Source: Eubacteriales bacterium
Lineage (GTDB): Bacteria > Bacillota > Clostridia > Acetivibrionales > JANLFN01
NCBI GenBank assembly: GCA_024655885.1
Contig: JANLFN010000005.1
Span: 11,660-75,659 of the forward strand
Direction of reading: 5' to 3'
DNA length: 64,000 nt
Part shown: piece after piece, positions 42,127-52,323 of the stretch
How the letters are laid out: the number at the start of each line of letters is the position of its first letter
Position numbering within the stretch: position 1 is the first letter of the stretch
Translations under genes and position numbers: made by a program
Notes under the pieces: generated by a model
Seen by the model: the letters and a program-made list of their open reading frames with translations, nothing else
What the model was told of the DNA's origin: nothing
The model's database searches: none

Positions 42127-44757
42127 ATGCCGAAGTATGTTTATATGTTCAATGAAGGAAATGCTTCAATGAGGAACCTTCTCGGCGGCAAAGGTGCCAA
42201 TCTGGCGGAGATGACAGGCTTGGGTCTGCCTGTCCCGAGGGGCTTCACGGTGACCACCGAAGCTTGTACGAGGTATTACAACGATGGAAAGGTTATCGCA
42301 AAAGAGATTGAAGATGAGATTTATCAAATGCTGGCAAAAACGGAACAAATCGTAGGAAAAAAATTCGGTGATCCCAATAATCCCTTCCTTGTTTCGGTCC
42401 GTTCGGGCGCCAGGGCTTCCATGCCGGGCATGATGGACACCATATTGAACCTGGGCTTAAACGATGAAGTGGTAGAAGGGCTGGCAAAGCTCACCGCCAA
42501 TGAGAGATTCGCTTACGACAGCTACAGAAGGTTTATACAGATGTTTAGCGATGTGGTTATGGAGGTGGAAAAACAGAAATTTGAAAAGATTCTGGATGAC
42601 ATTAAGGCAGAAAACGGCGCCCAGTATGACACCGACCTGACAGCCGCTAATTTAAAGGAAGTAGTAAAGAGATTTAAAGAGCTGTATAAAAAGGAAAAAG
42701 GGTCTGATTTCCCGCAGGACCCGAGGATTCAATTGATGGAAGCGGTAAAAGCCGTTTTCCGTTCATGGGATAACCCAAGGGCCATCGTCTACAGGAGGTT
42801 GAACGATATTCCCGGAGACTGGGGTACAGCGGTAAACGTTCAGGAAATGGTGTACGGAAATATGGGAAACGATTCAGGCACCGGTGTTGCGTTTACCCGA
42901 GATCCGTCCACCGGTGAAAAAAAGCTGTACGGCGAGTTTCTTATGAACGCCCAGGGAGAGGATGTGGTGGCGGGTATAAGGACGCCTCAGACCCTGGACC
43001 AGCTGAAGGAAATCAATCCTGATGTATACAACCAGTTTGCAAAAATTGCGGAGACCCTTGAAAAGCACTACAAGGACATGCAGGACATGGAGTTTACCAT
43101 AGAAAAAGGCAAGCTTTTCATGCTTCAGACGAGAAATGGCAAAAGGACTGCTGCGGCAGCTTTGAAGATAGCGGTGGACCTTGTTAACGAAGGCATGGCC
43201 ACCAAGGCGGAAGCTGTATTGAAGGTAGATCCAAAGCAGCTGGATGCTCTGCTGCATCCCAACTTTGACCCCAAGGCCTTGAAGGCGGCCACTCCTATTG
43301 CCAAGGGCCTGCCGGCGTCTCCGGGGGCTGCCACAGGCAAGGTCTATTTCTATGCGGATGATGCGGTTGAAGCCTCAAAAGGCGGAGAGAAAAACATCAT
43401 CCTTGTAAGGCTGGAAACTTCACCGGAGGACATTGAAGGCATGCATGTCTCCAAGGGAATACTGACAGGGCGAGGCGGCATGACCTCCCATGCGGCTGTT
43501 GTTGCGCGCGGCATGGGTACCTGCTGTGTGGCAGGATGCAGTGAGATCAAGATCAACGAAGAGGAAAAGTATTTTATAGATAAAAACGGAAAGAAGTACG
43601 TTGAAGGGGACTGGATTTCTCTTGACGGTTCTACCGGAAACGTATACGGTGAAAAATTGCCCACGGTGGAGCCCGAAATGACCGGGGATTTTGCGACGCT
43701 GATGGGGTGGGCGGATGAGCTCAGGACTTTGAAGGTAAGAGCCAATGCCGATTCTCCCAAGGATGCCGCCCAGGCAATCAAATTCGGTGCCGAAGGAATA
43801 GGCCTTTGCCGTACCGAGCACATGTTCTTCGAAGCCGACAGGATCCCTGCCATGAGGGAGATGATCGTCGCAAGGACGGAAGAACAGAGAAGGAAAGCCC
43901 TGGATAAGCTTCTCCCCATGCAGAGGAGCGACTTTGAAGGCCTGTTTATGGAGATGAAGGGCTATCCTGTGACCATCCGGCTCCTTGACCCTCCGCTCCA
44001 TGAATTCCTGCCCCAGGAAGATGCCGATATAGCCGCTCTTGCAAAGGAAATGGGCATAACCTTTGAAGAGCTGAAGGGCGTGGTTGCAGAGCTGCATGAG
44101 TTCAACCCCATGATGGGACACAGGGGATGCCGCCTTGCGGTCACTTATCCGGAGATAGCCGAAATGCAGACAAGGGCTGTTATAGAAGCGGCCATCAATG
44201 TGAATAAAAAGGGAATGCAGGTCATCCCGGAAATCATGATTCCCCTGGTAGGAGAAGTAAAAGAGTTGAAGTATGTAAAGAATATCGTTGTAAAGACGGC
44301 GGATGAAATAATAAAAAATGCGGGAGTCAATCTGGAATACAAGGTCGGAACCATGATAGAGATACCGAGGGCTGCTCTGACGGCAGATGAAATTGCCAGG
44401 GAAGCGGAGTTCTTCTCCTTTGGTACCAATGACCTCACCCAGATGACCTTCGGCTTCAGCCGCGACGATGCAGGGAAATTCCTGGATGCATACTATAATA
44501 AAAAAATATACGAAAACGACCCCTTTGCAAAACTGGACCAGACCGGTGTGGGCAAGCTTGTAGAGATGTCCGCCAAACTGGGCAGGCAGACCAGGCCGGA
44601 TTTGAAGCTGGGCATCTGCGGGGAGCACGGAGGCGACCCCTCCTCCATTGAATTCTGCCATAATGTGGGCTTGAACTATGTTTCCTGCTCACCCTTCAGG
44701 GTTCCTATTGCAAGGCTGGCTGCCGCGCATGCCCAGGTAAAGAATCCAAGACCATAA
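42127..44757 (+). CDS. ppdK: pyruvate, phosphate dikinase
   Basis: 876 aa. ATP-grasp N-terminus (GGKGANLAEM), phosphohistidine swivel GGMTSHAAVVARGMG, and the PEP-utilising C-terminus GICGEHGGDP. Confidence 0.97.
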   Translation: MPKYVYMFNEGNASMRNLLGGKGANLAEMTGLGLPVPRGFTVTTEACTRYYNDGKVIAKEIEDEIYQMLAKTEQIVGKKFGDPNNPFLVSVRSGARASMPGMMDTILNLGLNDEVVEGLAKLTANERFAYDSYRRFIQMFSDVVMEVEKQKFEKILDDIKAENGAQYDTDLTAANLKEVVKRFKELYKKEKGSDFPQDPRIQLMEAVKAVFRSWDNPRAIVYRRLNDIPGDWGTAVNVQEMVYGNMGNDSGTGVAFTRDPSTGEKKLYGEFLMNAQGEDVVAGIRTPQTLDQLKEINPDVYNQFAKIAETLEKHYKDMQDMEFTIEKGKLFMLQTRNGKRTAAAALKIAVDLVNEGMATKAEAVLKVDPKQLDALLHPNFDPKALKAATPIAKGLPASPGAATGKVYFYADDAVEASKGGEKNIILVRLETSPEDIEGMHVSKGILTGRGGMTSHAAVVARGMGTCCVAGCSEIKINEEEKYFIDKNGKKYVEGDWISLDGSTGNVYGEKLPTVEPEMTGDFATLMGWADELRTLKVRANADSPKDAAQAIKFGAEGIGLCRTEHMFFEADRIPAMREMIVARTEEQRRKALDKLLPMQRSDFEGLFMEMKGYPVTIRLLDPPLHEFLPQEDADIAALAKEMGITFEELKGVVAELHEFNPMMGHRGCRLAVTYPEIAEMQTRAVIEAAINVNKKGMQVIPEIMIPLVGEVKELKYVKNIVVKTADEIIKNAGVNLEYKVGTMIEIPRAALTADEIAREAEFFSFGTNDLTQMTFGFSRDDAGKFLDAYYNKKIYENDPFAKLDQTGVGKLVEMSAKLGRQTRPDLKLGICGEHGGDPSSIEFCHNVGLNYVSCSPFRVPIARLAAAHAQVKNPRP

Positions 44758-44837
44758 AATAATAAAGCAAATAGTATAAGTATTGTTAAAAAGCCTTATA
44801 CAATGGGCGTTTGAGACTATCTGTGCTATAAAAGTAA

Positions 44838-44890
44838 AGGGTATTGCAGCTTAATTTCATTAGTGATCTTAAGTGCAATACCCTATTTTT
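44838..44890 (+). terminator. intrinsic terminator after ppdK
   Basis: AGGGTATTGCA (44838-44848) pairs with TGCAATACCCT (44874-44884), followed by ATTTTT. Confidence 0.65.
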
Positions 44891-44923
44891 ATTTAAATTT
44901 TGGCTCTGTTAAAAAAGATGTTG

Positions 44924-46786
44924 AACATGGAATCGGAAAGTGACCTTTAAAAATAGAGCATATCTTTAGACATAGCAGGCCTTTCCGGCAATAAAAAACG
45001 TAAATATTTTTACAAAAAAAACAGGACACTTGGCTCCTCTTGTCAAATGGTTAAAGTAACCAAAAAACAACAACCATGAGAGGAAGTGTCCCAGCACTAT
45101 GGTAGCACAAAACCACCCCCAAATGCCAGAACAAAATACAAAAACAACCAGAAAAGAACGCAGGTTAGAAATTTTACGCGAACGGAAACGCATCAAAAAA
45201 GCTATGAGGAAAATGCGTACCGTTACCTTCGACAATGACTCCGTTACCGAAGCCGGCAACTTCCAGTTTATTGAGGTTTTTAAAGAGCTTATTGATCTTG
45301 AGGGAATCCTTAAGAATGGCTTTTTCCTGGAACGGAGAGAAAATACCTTGTATGACGCCCAGGAGCTTATCGATTATCTTATTGACTGTGCAATTCTGGG
45401 TCATACCCGGTTCTCTCATATGGATGCTCTAAAGTTTGATCCGGGATATTTAACGGTCAAGGAGATAGGCCGTTTTCCGGATGAAAGCACCTTCCGTAGT
45501 TTCCTCGAGAAATTGGAGTGGAAGCATCTGATTCAATTAATCGCCATCAACAAAGAGCTTTTGCACCGCAAAGCAAGTATGGAAGAAAAACGTTTGGTCT
45601 GGATCGACATTGACGATACGGTTATTACCTTATTTGGTGAGCAAGAAGGCGCAGTTAATGGCTATAACCCACGCTATCACGGCAGGCCTTCTTACAAAGC
45701 ACGAGTTGCCTTTATCGCCGGGACCGGCGAACTGCTCCATATGGAATTGAATCCGGGAAATACCCACGGTATGAAAGATTTTCTCTCTTTTGTCAAAGAA
45801 GTTGAGGCGATGCTGCCGCCACAATACATTATTGAAGGAATTCGGGCCGACTGCGGCTTTGCCGACCCGGAGGTAATGAATTACGCTGAAGAGAACGGTT
45901 GGTCCTATATCTTCAAATTACCCAAGAAAGCTACCGTGAAGAAAGCCATTTCTTATCTTCAGCAGCATCCTAGCTTTTGGGAGACGCTGGCTGAAAAAGA
46001 AGAAGAAATCCGGTTTGCTACGGAAGATGACCGCTGGGCAGCCGCGGATATTCCCATTATGCTGGACAAGTGGACAAAAGCCCGCCGCTGCGTCATCTAC
46101 CGGGAAGCCCATGAAACAGAACAAACCAACAAAGACCAATTAACCATGATGCTCACCACTTATTCATTTCAGGCGGTCATTACCAATACGGAACTGAAAC
46201 CATTGCCTCTTTTGCGCACCTACAACCAGAGGGCCAATATCGAGAATCGCATTGACGAAATCAAAGAAGGATATACCCTGGAACAAAACAGTATGCACTC
46301 GATGATGACCAACCTGTTATTTAGCTGGATCAAAGTAATTGCTTATAATGTGGTTGTTTGGTTCAAGCAGGCATTTCTCCCGGAATCACTGCAAAAATGT
46401 GAAGTGAAAACGATTCGCCGGGGGGTACTGAAAGTACCTGGAAATATAGTAGGCAATGGCCGCTACCAGCATATCCGGTTGGCTGCTTCGCCGGCATTGG
46501 AGATCATCGTGAAGGTAATACTGCAAAAAGCCAAGGAATTTGCTAAGCGAATGACACCCAAAATACCAATGACGGAAGCTGCTTAATCAGGGAGACAAGT
46601 TAAATAGCAGACAAATAAATCTCGCAAAGAGATGTTTGTTAGAGTTACCCTGAAAAGAGGAGGCTTTGGAAATGCTTTTAAGGTTCATGTCGACAAGTGC
46701 GGCTGGATAAGCCAAAATCGTCGTTTTTTAACGATTATAAGTTATCCACAGGTCCTAAGTTATCCACATTCCGATTTCATGTTTAA
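44924..46786 (+). mobile_element. IS1380-family insertion sequence, full length (boundaries +/-3 bp)
   Basis: Left end AACATGGAATCGGAAAGTG matches the reverse complement of the right end, AACATGAAATCGGAATGTG (17/19). A possible 4-bp direct repeat GTTG occurs at 44920-44923 and 46787-46790. The first 599 bp are repeated identically at 54212-54810. Confidence 0.8.
45099..46586 (+). CDS. IS1380 family DDE transposase
   Basis: 495 aa. N-terminal region ...ILGHTRFSHMDALKFDPGY...PDESTFRSFLEKL, then IDIDDTVITLFGEQEGA and RADCGFADPEVMNY as DDE segments. Family assigned by pattern recognition. Confidence 0.8.
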   Translation: MVAQNHPQMPEQNTKTTRKERRLEILRERKRIKKAMRKMRTVTFDNDSVTEAGNFQFIEVFKELIDLEGILKNGFFLERRENTLYDAQELIDYLIDCAILGHTRFSHMDALKFDPGYLTVKEIGRFPDESTFRSFLEKLEWKHLIQLIAINKELLHRKASMEEKRLVWIDIDDTVITLFGEQEGAVNGYNPRYHGRPSYKARVAFIAGTGELLHMELNPGNTHGMKDFLSFVKEVEAMLPPQYIIEGIRADCGFADPEVMNYAEENGWSYIFKLPKKATVKKAISYLQQHPSFWETLAEKEEEIRFATEDDRWAAADIPIMLDKWTKARRCVIYREAHETEQTNKDQLTMMLTTYSFQAVITNTELKPLPLLRTYNQRANIENRIDEIKEGYTLEQNSMHSMMTNLLFSWIKVIAYNVVVWFKQAFLPESLQKCEVKTIRRGVLKVPGNIVGNGRYQHIRLAASPALEIIVKVILQKAKEFAKRMTPKIPMTEAA

Positions 46787-46930
46787 GTTGCGGGGACTAA
46801 AATTTTTATTTTATTCAGAAGGCTGAGGTGTTGCGATATTCAATCCTTCGGTTGTCAAGGCAACATGTGATGGCTTAATACTAAGGACAAGGTTGTTCAT
46901 GTAATTATTAATTGTTAGGGAGGCATTAAA

Positions 46931-48145
46931 GTGAAAGAGAAAAACCCCAATGCTTTAATTGCAATGATCGCTGTTGTAGCTGTAGCCATTTTGAATCAAT
47001 CATCCGGTGTCGAATCCCCGGCTCTCGCTTACATTGCGAAGTCATTCCCGGAAACGCCGATGACGACTATCGTCATGATAACCACACTTCCGTCGCTGAT
47101 GATTATTCCCGCCTCGCTTTTGTTTAGCGCGTTTCGAAAAAGGTTTACACTACGCTCCTTATTTGTCGTCTTTATGCTTATTCTTATTGTTGGCGGCGTG
47201 ATGCCCGCTTTTTCGCCAACTATCGGCCAGATTCTGTTTTGGAGAGCCCTTTTTGGATTTGGCGTGGGTATTATGTGGCCGCTGGGTTACACTTATATCG
47301 TAGAACTTTACAGTGGGAATAAACAGGATACACTATTGGGCTTTAACAGTACGGTAACTGCGGTAGGCGGTATCATGTGGGCGATGTTAGGCGGCATTTT
47401 GGCTTTAACCAGCTGGCGGCATTCTTTTTATGCCTACTTTATTCCGATTATTATCCTGATATTTTGTACTATTTTTCTGCCTGAACCTAAGAAGACTGAA
47501 ACGGAAACAAAGTCAGCGCAGGGTGATGGCGCCAAAGCGCGGATCGGCTACTTTGTTTTGCTGTTGGTCTTTGGTTTCTTTCTGAATGCCTGCGTCTTTA
47601 CTTATTTTACCAACTTATCTTTCAAAATTGTCGACGGTGGGCTCGGTACTTCGGCCTCTGCCGGTTTGGCGCAGTCCTGTTGGGTTATTGGCAGTTTAAT
47701 TGTCGGTGTTCTTTACGGATTTATCATGCGGAATAAGTTTATGAAGAAATACGCTTATTCCATCGGCTGGCTTCTGGTAGGGATTGGGATGCTGTTTGTA
47801 AGCAAGGCTCCGACCTATACTGTCGTTTTAGTTGCCAGCTTTATAGGCGGAATTGGCTGCGGCACCGCCATTCCTACTATTGTCGGTATGATTGGGAATG
47901 TGAGCAGTAAGAATGTGGCTATGTTCTTAGGCTTATACACAACAATGACCGGTGTGGCGCAATTTGTCGGGCCACAAGTGTTTAATGGCTTAGTTAAGAC
48001 ATTTAACCAGTCTTACGGGAGCTTTCCGATGGCCGTCGCTGCAGTAATTCACATTATCGGTGCAATTATCAGTTTCATTATCTTTGTCGCGCTTTATTCG
48101 AAGCAAAAGGCTGCCGGGGTCCAGAATAGTGCTGTTTCCAAATAA
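46931..48145 (+). CDS. MFS transporter, unknown substrate
   Basis: 404 aa, about 12 predicted TM helices, with a central hydrophilic loop (PEPKKTETETKSAQGDG). GGGAGG SD 8 nt before GTG 46931. Confidence 0.8.
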   Translation: MKEKNPNALIAMIAVVAVAILNQSSGVESPALAYIAKSFPETPMTTIVMITTLPSLMIIPASLLFSAFRKRFTLRSLFVVFMLILIVGGVMPAFSPTIGQILFWRALFGFGVGIMWPLGYTYIVELYSGNKQDTLLGFNSTVTAVGGIMWAMLGGILALTSWRHSFYAYFIPIIILIFCTIFLPEPKKTETETKSAQGDGAKARIGYFVLLLVFGFFLNACVFTYFTNLSFKIVDGGLGTSASAGLAQSCWVIGSLIVGVLYGFIMRNKFMKKYAYSIGWLLVGIGMLFVSKAPTYTVVLVASFIGGIGCGTAIPTIVGMIGNVSSKNVAMFLGLYTTMTGVAQFVGPQVFNGLVKTFNQSYGSFPMAVAAVIHIIGAIISFIIFVALYSKQKAAGVQNSAVSK

Positions 48146-48195
48146 GAATAGCTGATCGATACTTTGTGTTCTGAACAAACAGAAAAATTTTGAAA

Positions 48196-48235
48196 ATATC
48201 TATAACTACTAAGCAAGCTTAGTAGTTATAGATAT
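48196..48235. terminator. 18-bp perfect AT-rich hairpin after the MFS gene (terminator-like)
   Basis: ATATCTATAACTACTAAG (48196-48213), CAAG loop, CTTAGTAGTTATAGATAT (48218-48235). No clean U-tract follows. Confidence 0.4.
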
Positions 48236-48321
48236 TGTAACTATTCAGCATCTATAGCAAAATAGGCATAGCCAAAAACGAGACGTGTAATGTTCTGCTG
48301 ATCCTTGAAATTAGAATAGTG

Positions 48322-48636
48322 CTACTGGGCATCATCCGTAAACAAAGGTTTACCAGATACTGCCGCATAAATTGATTCAAACATGGATATGCCTTGCTTT
48401 GAAACATTGGAAATGTTGTTGCGGACGTTACAAAAAGCGGTAGCAGCACCCCCACGTTTTGCATGGGTTTCCACATAGGTGAAACGTTGTACATCTACCA
48501 CCCGGCGGGTTTTGTATCCTGTAACCACATTCTGAGAAATATCTGAACCACAATGGCTGCAGTGATTAAACTTATGCTCAATTAGCACATCCGGTTTTTT
48601 GCTAATTCTTAAGGTATTGCCCTTATGTCTTGTTCG
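48322..48636 (-). pseudogene. IS66-family transposase (TnpC) internal fragment
   Basis: The open frame without a proper start reads RTRHKGNTLRISKKPDVLIEHKFNHCSHCGSDISQNVVTGYKTRRVVDVQRFTYVETH. This fits the IS66 pattern GHxGxTL...H...CxxCG...Y..RQVxDxP...VTEH. Similarity decays downstream. Confidence 0.5.
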
Positions 48637-49190
48637 TCAGTTAGTTTTCATACTATCACCGGAAATTAAGATGCATTATTTTTAGTATACATGTAATCTC
48701 AAAACTGAAACGCCGGTATTTCAACAATCAAATTCTGAATACACGCTGGATACTTCGGCTGGAACACTGATTACAATCAATAAAAATGCTGTAAATACCC
48801 AGGCCGATATGGCGGCCTATCGATTGTTTGATTTTAACAGCCGAGCTATGAGCGGCTGTCAGATCGAAATGGTGTTAGGAACCCAGCCGATCCTTTAAGA
48901 GTTGCTCAAACAGGGGAAGTCTGTCCTGGATACGGAACTCATGCTTTCTACACACTGCAAGTGAAGTTTTTTGTTTTTGCCGTCTTTCCTGAAAGTTAAT
49001 CATAACTTTATTTTTAATTTTTAGCCAAGAAGAAAGCCGCCTAGATTGGACAGAGTCTGGTTCTCACTTAATACTAGCGCGCCCTCTCAAAAATAGGTAT
49101 AATTATTTTAGAGAGTATAAACTGTGTTACCCAAGAAGCGTATACTCCCTAACATTAATGGCGTGTTCCCCAATTAAAGGGAGGTTTAGG

Positions 49191-50738
49191 ATGAAGATTA
49201 ATTTACACATTATTTTTGATGAGCTAAAGTCTTCTGAAGCCAGGATCATCGCCCGAGAAGATTTCGATTATGTAATTGCCGACGTTAGATATCTACCTAA
49301 GGATTATACAAAATTATCAGAGCACTATGTTTATTTCGCAGATGGTTTGTCCCTTCAGGAAATACGGTCATGTGGGAAGAAGCTCCAGTTTGTTTTATTC
49401 GGTAAGGCTGATGAGTCGCTTCTTGCTGTTAATAACTGGAGCGCTATTCTAGTGCCTGAAACAGACAGAAATATTATATTTGAAGAAGTGCAGCAAATTT
49501 TTGAAAAATATAATCAATGGGAGGATGAAGTATTTTTAGCTATCGCCAATGGCGACTCAGCTCAACAGGTTTTTGAAATTTGTGCTCGCATTTTACGTAA
49601 CCCTATTGCGCTTTTTGACTTATCTGGGATACTCATATTTAAAGCCGGGGATTTGCCGGAAGACCTTAAAAATACGTCATGGGAAGACGTAATGCGTAAA
49701 GGCTACGCACCAGGAGATAAATATTCCCCAAGCGAGCAAAAAGAGGTTTTTAAGCTTATTCAAAGTCATAAAAAACCGTTTGTTTATCAAAGCTATGAGA
49801 CTTTTGGTGAACAAAAGGAGGTAATGACAACCCTGTCAAAAGACGGGATACCCTTTGCTTATTTAGGCTCTACCGATATTTTGGCCCCTTTTACTTTTGG
49901 ACAGCTGGCCATTATTCATTATGTACAAAGAATCATGGAAATGGTCCTCAAAAAAGATTACGCATCGTATCTGGCCGGACACAGAGATATAACCCTTTTC
50001 ATCGAAAGGATTATCCGCGGGCAAGAAATTGATAAGCATACTCTGGCTTATTACCTGAAAAAGATGAAGTGGCAGCTTAAGGACAACTTTTGTTTGCTTT
50101 TTTTCTATAAATCAGATGATTCACCAGTAGAAAAAATGTTCATGAATATATGCAGCAACACAATTAAGGACTTGCTTGGAGATGCTTTGTTATTGTTATA
50201 TGATGATGGGATTTGGGCTATTTTACATAATGATGCAGATTGGCTAAAAGACGAAGTCAATTTTCATAACTTAACATTATATCTGGAAAGGACCGATATG
50301 TTCTGTGCGGTCAGTATTTCTTTTTATGATTTTTTGTATATTAAACATGCCTATAATCAATGCAGGATTGTGCGTGCTTCGGTGAAAGAAAAGAGCAGCC
50401 CTAGAATTTGCCGGTATGAAACAGTATACATGCAGGACATCCTCGATTCGCTTTCTACTTTCTATGACATTTATAGCCTTTGCCATCCCCAAATACTTTA
50501 TATTTATAACAATTGGATCAATGGCAAAGAATATATCAAAAGTTTGCAAATCTATTTGATTAATGGCCGAAATATCACTTCGGCAGCAAATATGCTGCAC
50601 ATTCACCGGAATACTTTAATTTATCGTCTGGACAGGATGAAGGAAGAGCTGAACCTTGACTTTACAGAAATCGATGAACGTACTCTTCTGATACTTTACT
50701 TATCATGCTTGATCGCTAAATATTTGGATGAAGAATAA
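49191..50738 (+). CDS. PucR-family transcriptional regulator
   Basis: The C-terminal PucR HTH reads NITSAANMLHIHRNTLIYRLDRMKEEL. The long N-terminal putative sensor region is uncharacterised. GGGAGG SD before ATG 49191. Confidence 0.8.
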   Translation: MKINLHIIFDELKSSEARIIAREDFDYVIADVRYLPKDYTKLSEHYVYFADGLSLQEIRSCGKKLQFVLFGKADESLLAVNNWSAILVPETDRNIIFEEVQQIFEKYNQWEDEVFLAIANGDSAQQVFEICARILRNPIALFDLSGILIFKAGDLPEDLKNTSWEDVMRKGYAPGDKYSPSEQKEVFKLIQSHKKPFVYQSYETFGEQKEVMTTLSKDGIPFAYLGSTDILAPFTFGQLAIIHYVQRIMEMVLKKDYASYLAGHRDITLFIERIIRGQEIDKHTLAYYLKKMKWQLKDNFCLLFFYKSDDSPVEKMFMNICSNTIKDLLGDALLLLYDDGIWAILHNDADWLKDEVNFHNLTLYLERTDMFCAVSISFYDFLYIKHAYNQCRIVRASVKEKSSPRICRYETVYMQDILDSLSTFYDIYSLCHPQILYIYNNWINGKEYIKSLQIYLINGRNITSAANMLHIHRNTLIYRLDRMKEELNLDFTEIDERTLLILYLSCLIAKYLDEE

Positions 50739-50877
50739 ATGAGCAGATTTCCAATATTACTGGTTTAGTCAAATTACATGAAAAAACAAAATTATATTTT
50801 CAGAAATTGCACATTCCCTGAAAGGTACCTCTGGGATACAATCAAATTATCAATATAATATCTTGGAGGTGCTGATA

Positions 50878-52233
50878 ATGACAAAACTTTACGAGCAAAA
50901 TGGATTCGTAACACCGTTTCCGTACCAACAATTTGTGCATTCCCCATATGTTCCCTATTATCCGGAGGACATAATTTATAGTACAGGGAGTGGGCGTCCA
51001 TTTATCGTTCCATATGAGTATACCGGCTGGAGAGATGAGCAATTGTCTTGGAAAAAGACAGCTTATCTGCATGGAAATCTAAATCCATCCCCTTTGTTCC
51101 GTTTCTCAGGTCCGGATGCGAAAAAATTCTTGAGCAAATATTTAGTAAATACTTTTGAAAAATTTCCTATAGGCAGCGGCAAACATGCCATTGCCTGCAG
51201 CGAAAGAGGTTATATTGCTTCTGACGGAGTCATACTCCGTACGGACGAAGATGTTTATGAAACATACTATATGTACAGTCTGAGCATGGCATTAGAGAAC
51301 GATCTTGAAAAATATGACATGGCTTTTGAGGATCTTACTCCCGGGGCGTTCCTCTTCCAGCTTGGTGGCCCGTTGAGCTTGCAGATACTGGAAGCAGCAA
51401 CAGGTGATGATCTGCATGATATCAAATTTATGCGTTTTCGTGAGACAAGCATCAATGGGAAAAAAATCCGGGCCGTGAGGCTAGGTATGGCCGGAAGCCT
51501 TGCCTACGAGCTCCACGGGAAACTTGAGGATGCCCATGAAATCTATGATGCGATCTATCAGGCAGGTAAACCCTTCGGTATCCGCCGTCTCGGCTGGCAT
51601 GCATATATGATGAACCATACGGAAAACGGCTTTCCGCAATGGGGATATCATTTTGATCTTGACATGCCCTTCCTTATGAACGCTGCGAAAATATTGGGCA
51701 GCGGCGGCGACGAAACCGGTCTGCGCAATCCATTTGAACTGGGATGGGGTTTTGTGGTGAAATTCGACCATGACTTTATAGGCCGCGAGGCGCTGGGAAA
51801 AATTGCAGCCAATCCGGTCCGTACCACAGTTAGTCTGGAATGGAACGCCGAGGATATTGCCGATGTTTATAAATCCCTCTTTGAAGACGGGGAGCCCTAT
51901 AAAGAATTTGAGCAGGTTAATGATTTTACACAATTCAAAGATGGAAAAATCGTCCGTTACCAAGATAAAGTTCTGGACAAAAAAGGAAATGCCATTGGCC
52001 TCAGCACAGGCCGTGCCTACAGCGTGTATTATCAGCGGATGATTTCGCAATGTCAGATCGACCTTGCCTATGCCAAAGAAGGCACCGATGTCATTGTTTT
52101 ATGGGGGGAACCCGGCACACGGCAGAAAGAAATTCGGGCAAAGGTTGCACGGTTCCCGTATTATAATGAAAACGACAACAGAACATTCGATGTTGAAACA
52201 GTCCCGCGTGTAAATCAAAAAGCAAGATTATAG
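50878..52233 (+). CDS. aminomethyltransferase (GcvT) fold protein, LigM/DesA-like putative tetrahydrofolate-dependent demethylase, paralog 1
   Basis: 451 aa, longer than GcvT. Motifs: YTGWRDEQLSWKKTAYL, RLGMAGSLAYELHG, GWGFVVKFDHDFIGREAL and VSLEWNAEDIADVY. GGAGGTG SD before ATG 50878. Confidence 0.7.
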   Translation: MTKLYEQNGFVTPFPYQQFVHSPYVPYYPEDIIYSTGSGRPFIVPYEYTGWRDEQLSWKKTAYLHGNLNPSPLFRFSGPDAKKFLSKYLVNTFEKFPIGSGKHAIACSERGYIASDGVILRTDEDVYETYYMYSLSMALENDLEKYDMAFEDLTPGAFLFQLGGPLSLQILEAATGDDLHDIKFMRFRETSINGKKIRAVRLGMAGSLAYELHGKLEDAHEIYDAIYQAGKPFGIRRLGWHAYMMNHTENGFPQWGYHFDLDMPFLMNAAKILGSGGDETGLRNPFELGWGFVVKFDHDFIGREALGKIAANPVRTTVSLEWNAEDIADVYKSLFEDGEPYKEFEQVNDFTQFKDGKIVRYQDKVLDKKGNAIGLSTGRAYSVYYQRMISQCQIDLAYAKEGTDVIVLWGEPGTRQKEIRAKVARFPYYNENDNRTFDVETVPRVNQKARL

Positions 52234-52323
52234 GAAAGCTTACTATTTTATTGATCATTGTTATCTAACATTTAAAAAGGTGCTGTCTAAAAGTAAAATA
52301 CTGTAAAAGAGGTCGGTAAAACG

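Noticed and set aside
43420-44661. 413-aa minus-strand ORF, plus several other 60-190-aa ORFs, antisense to ppdK
   Set aside because: It lies entirely inside the well-supported ppdK reading frame, has no SD and a low-complexity, unrecognisable sequence. This is a typical shadow ORF of a GC-rich coding region.
46632-46826. 64-aa ORF downstream of the IS1380 transposase
   Set aside because: It spans the IS right inverted repeat and flanking DNA, has no SD and an implausible sequence.
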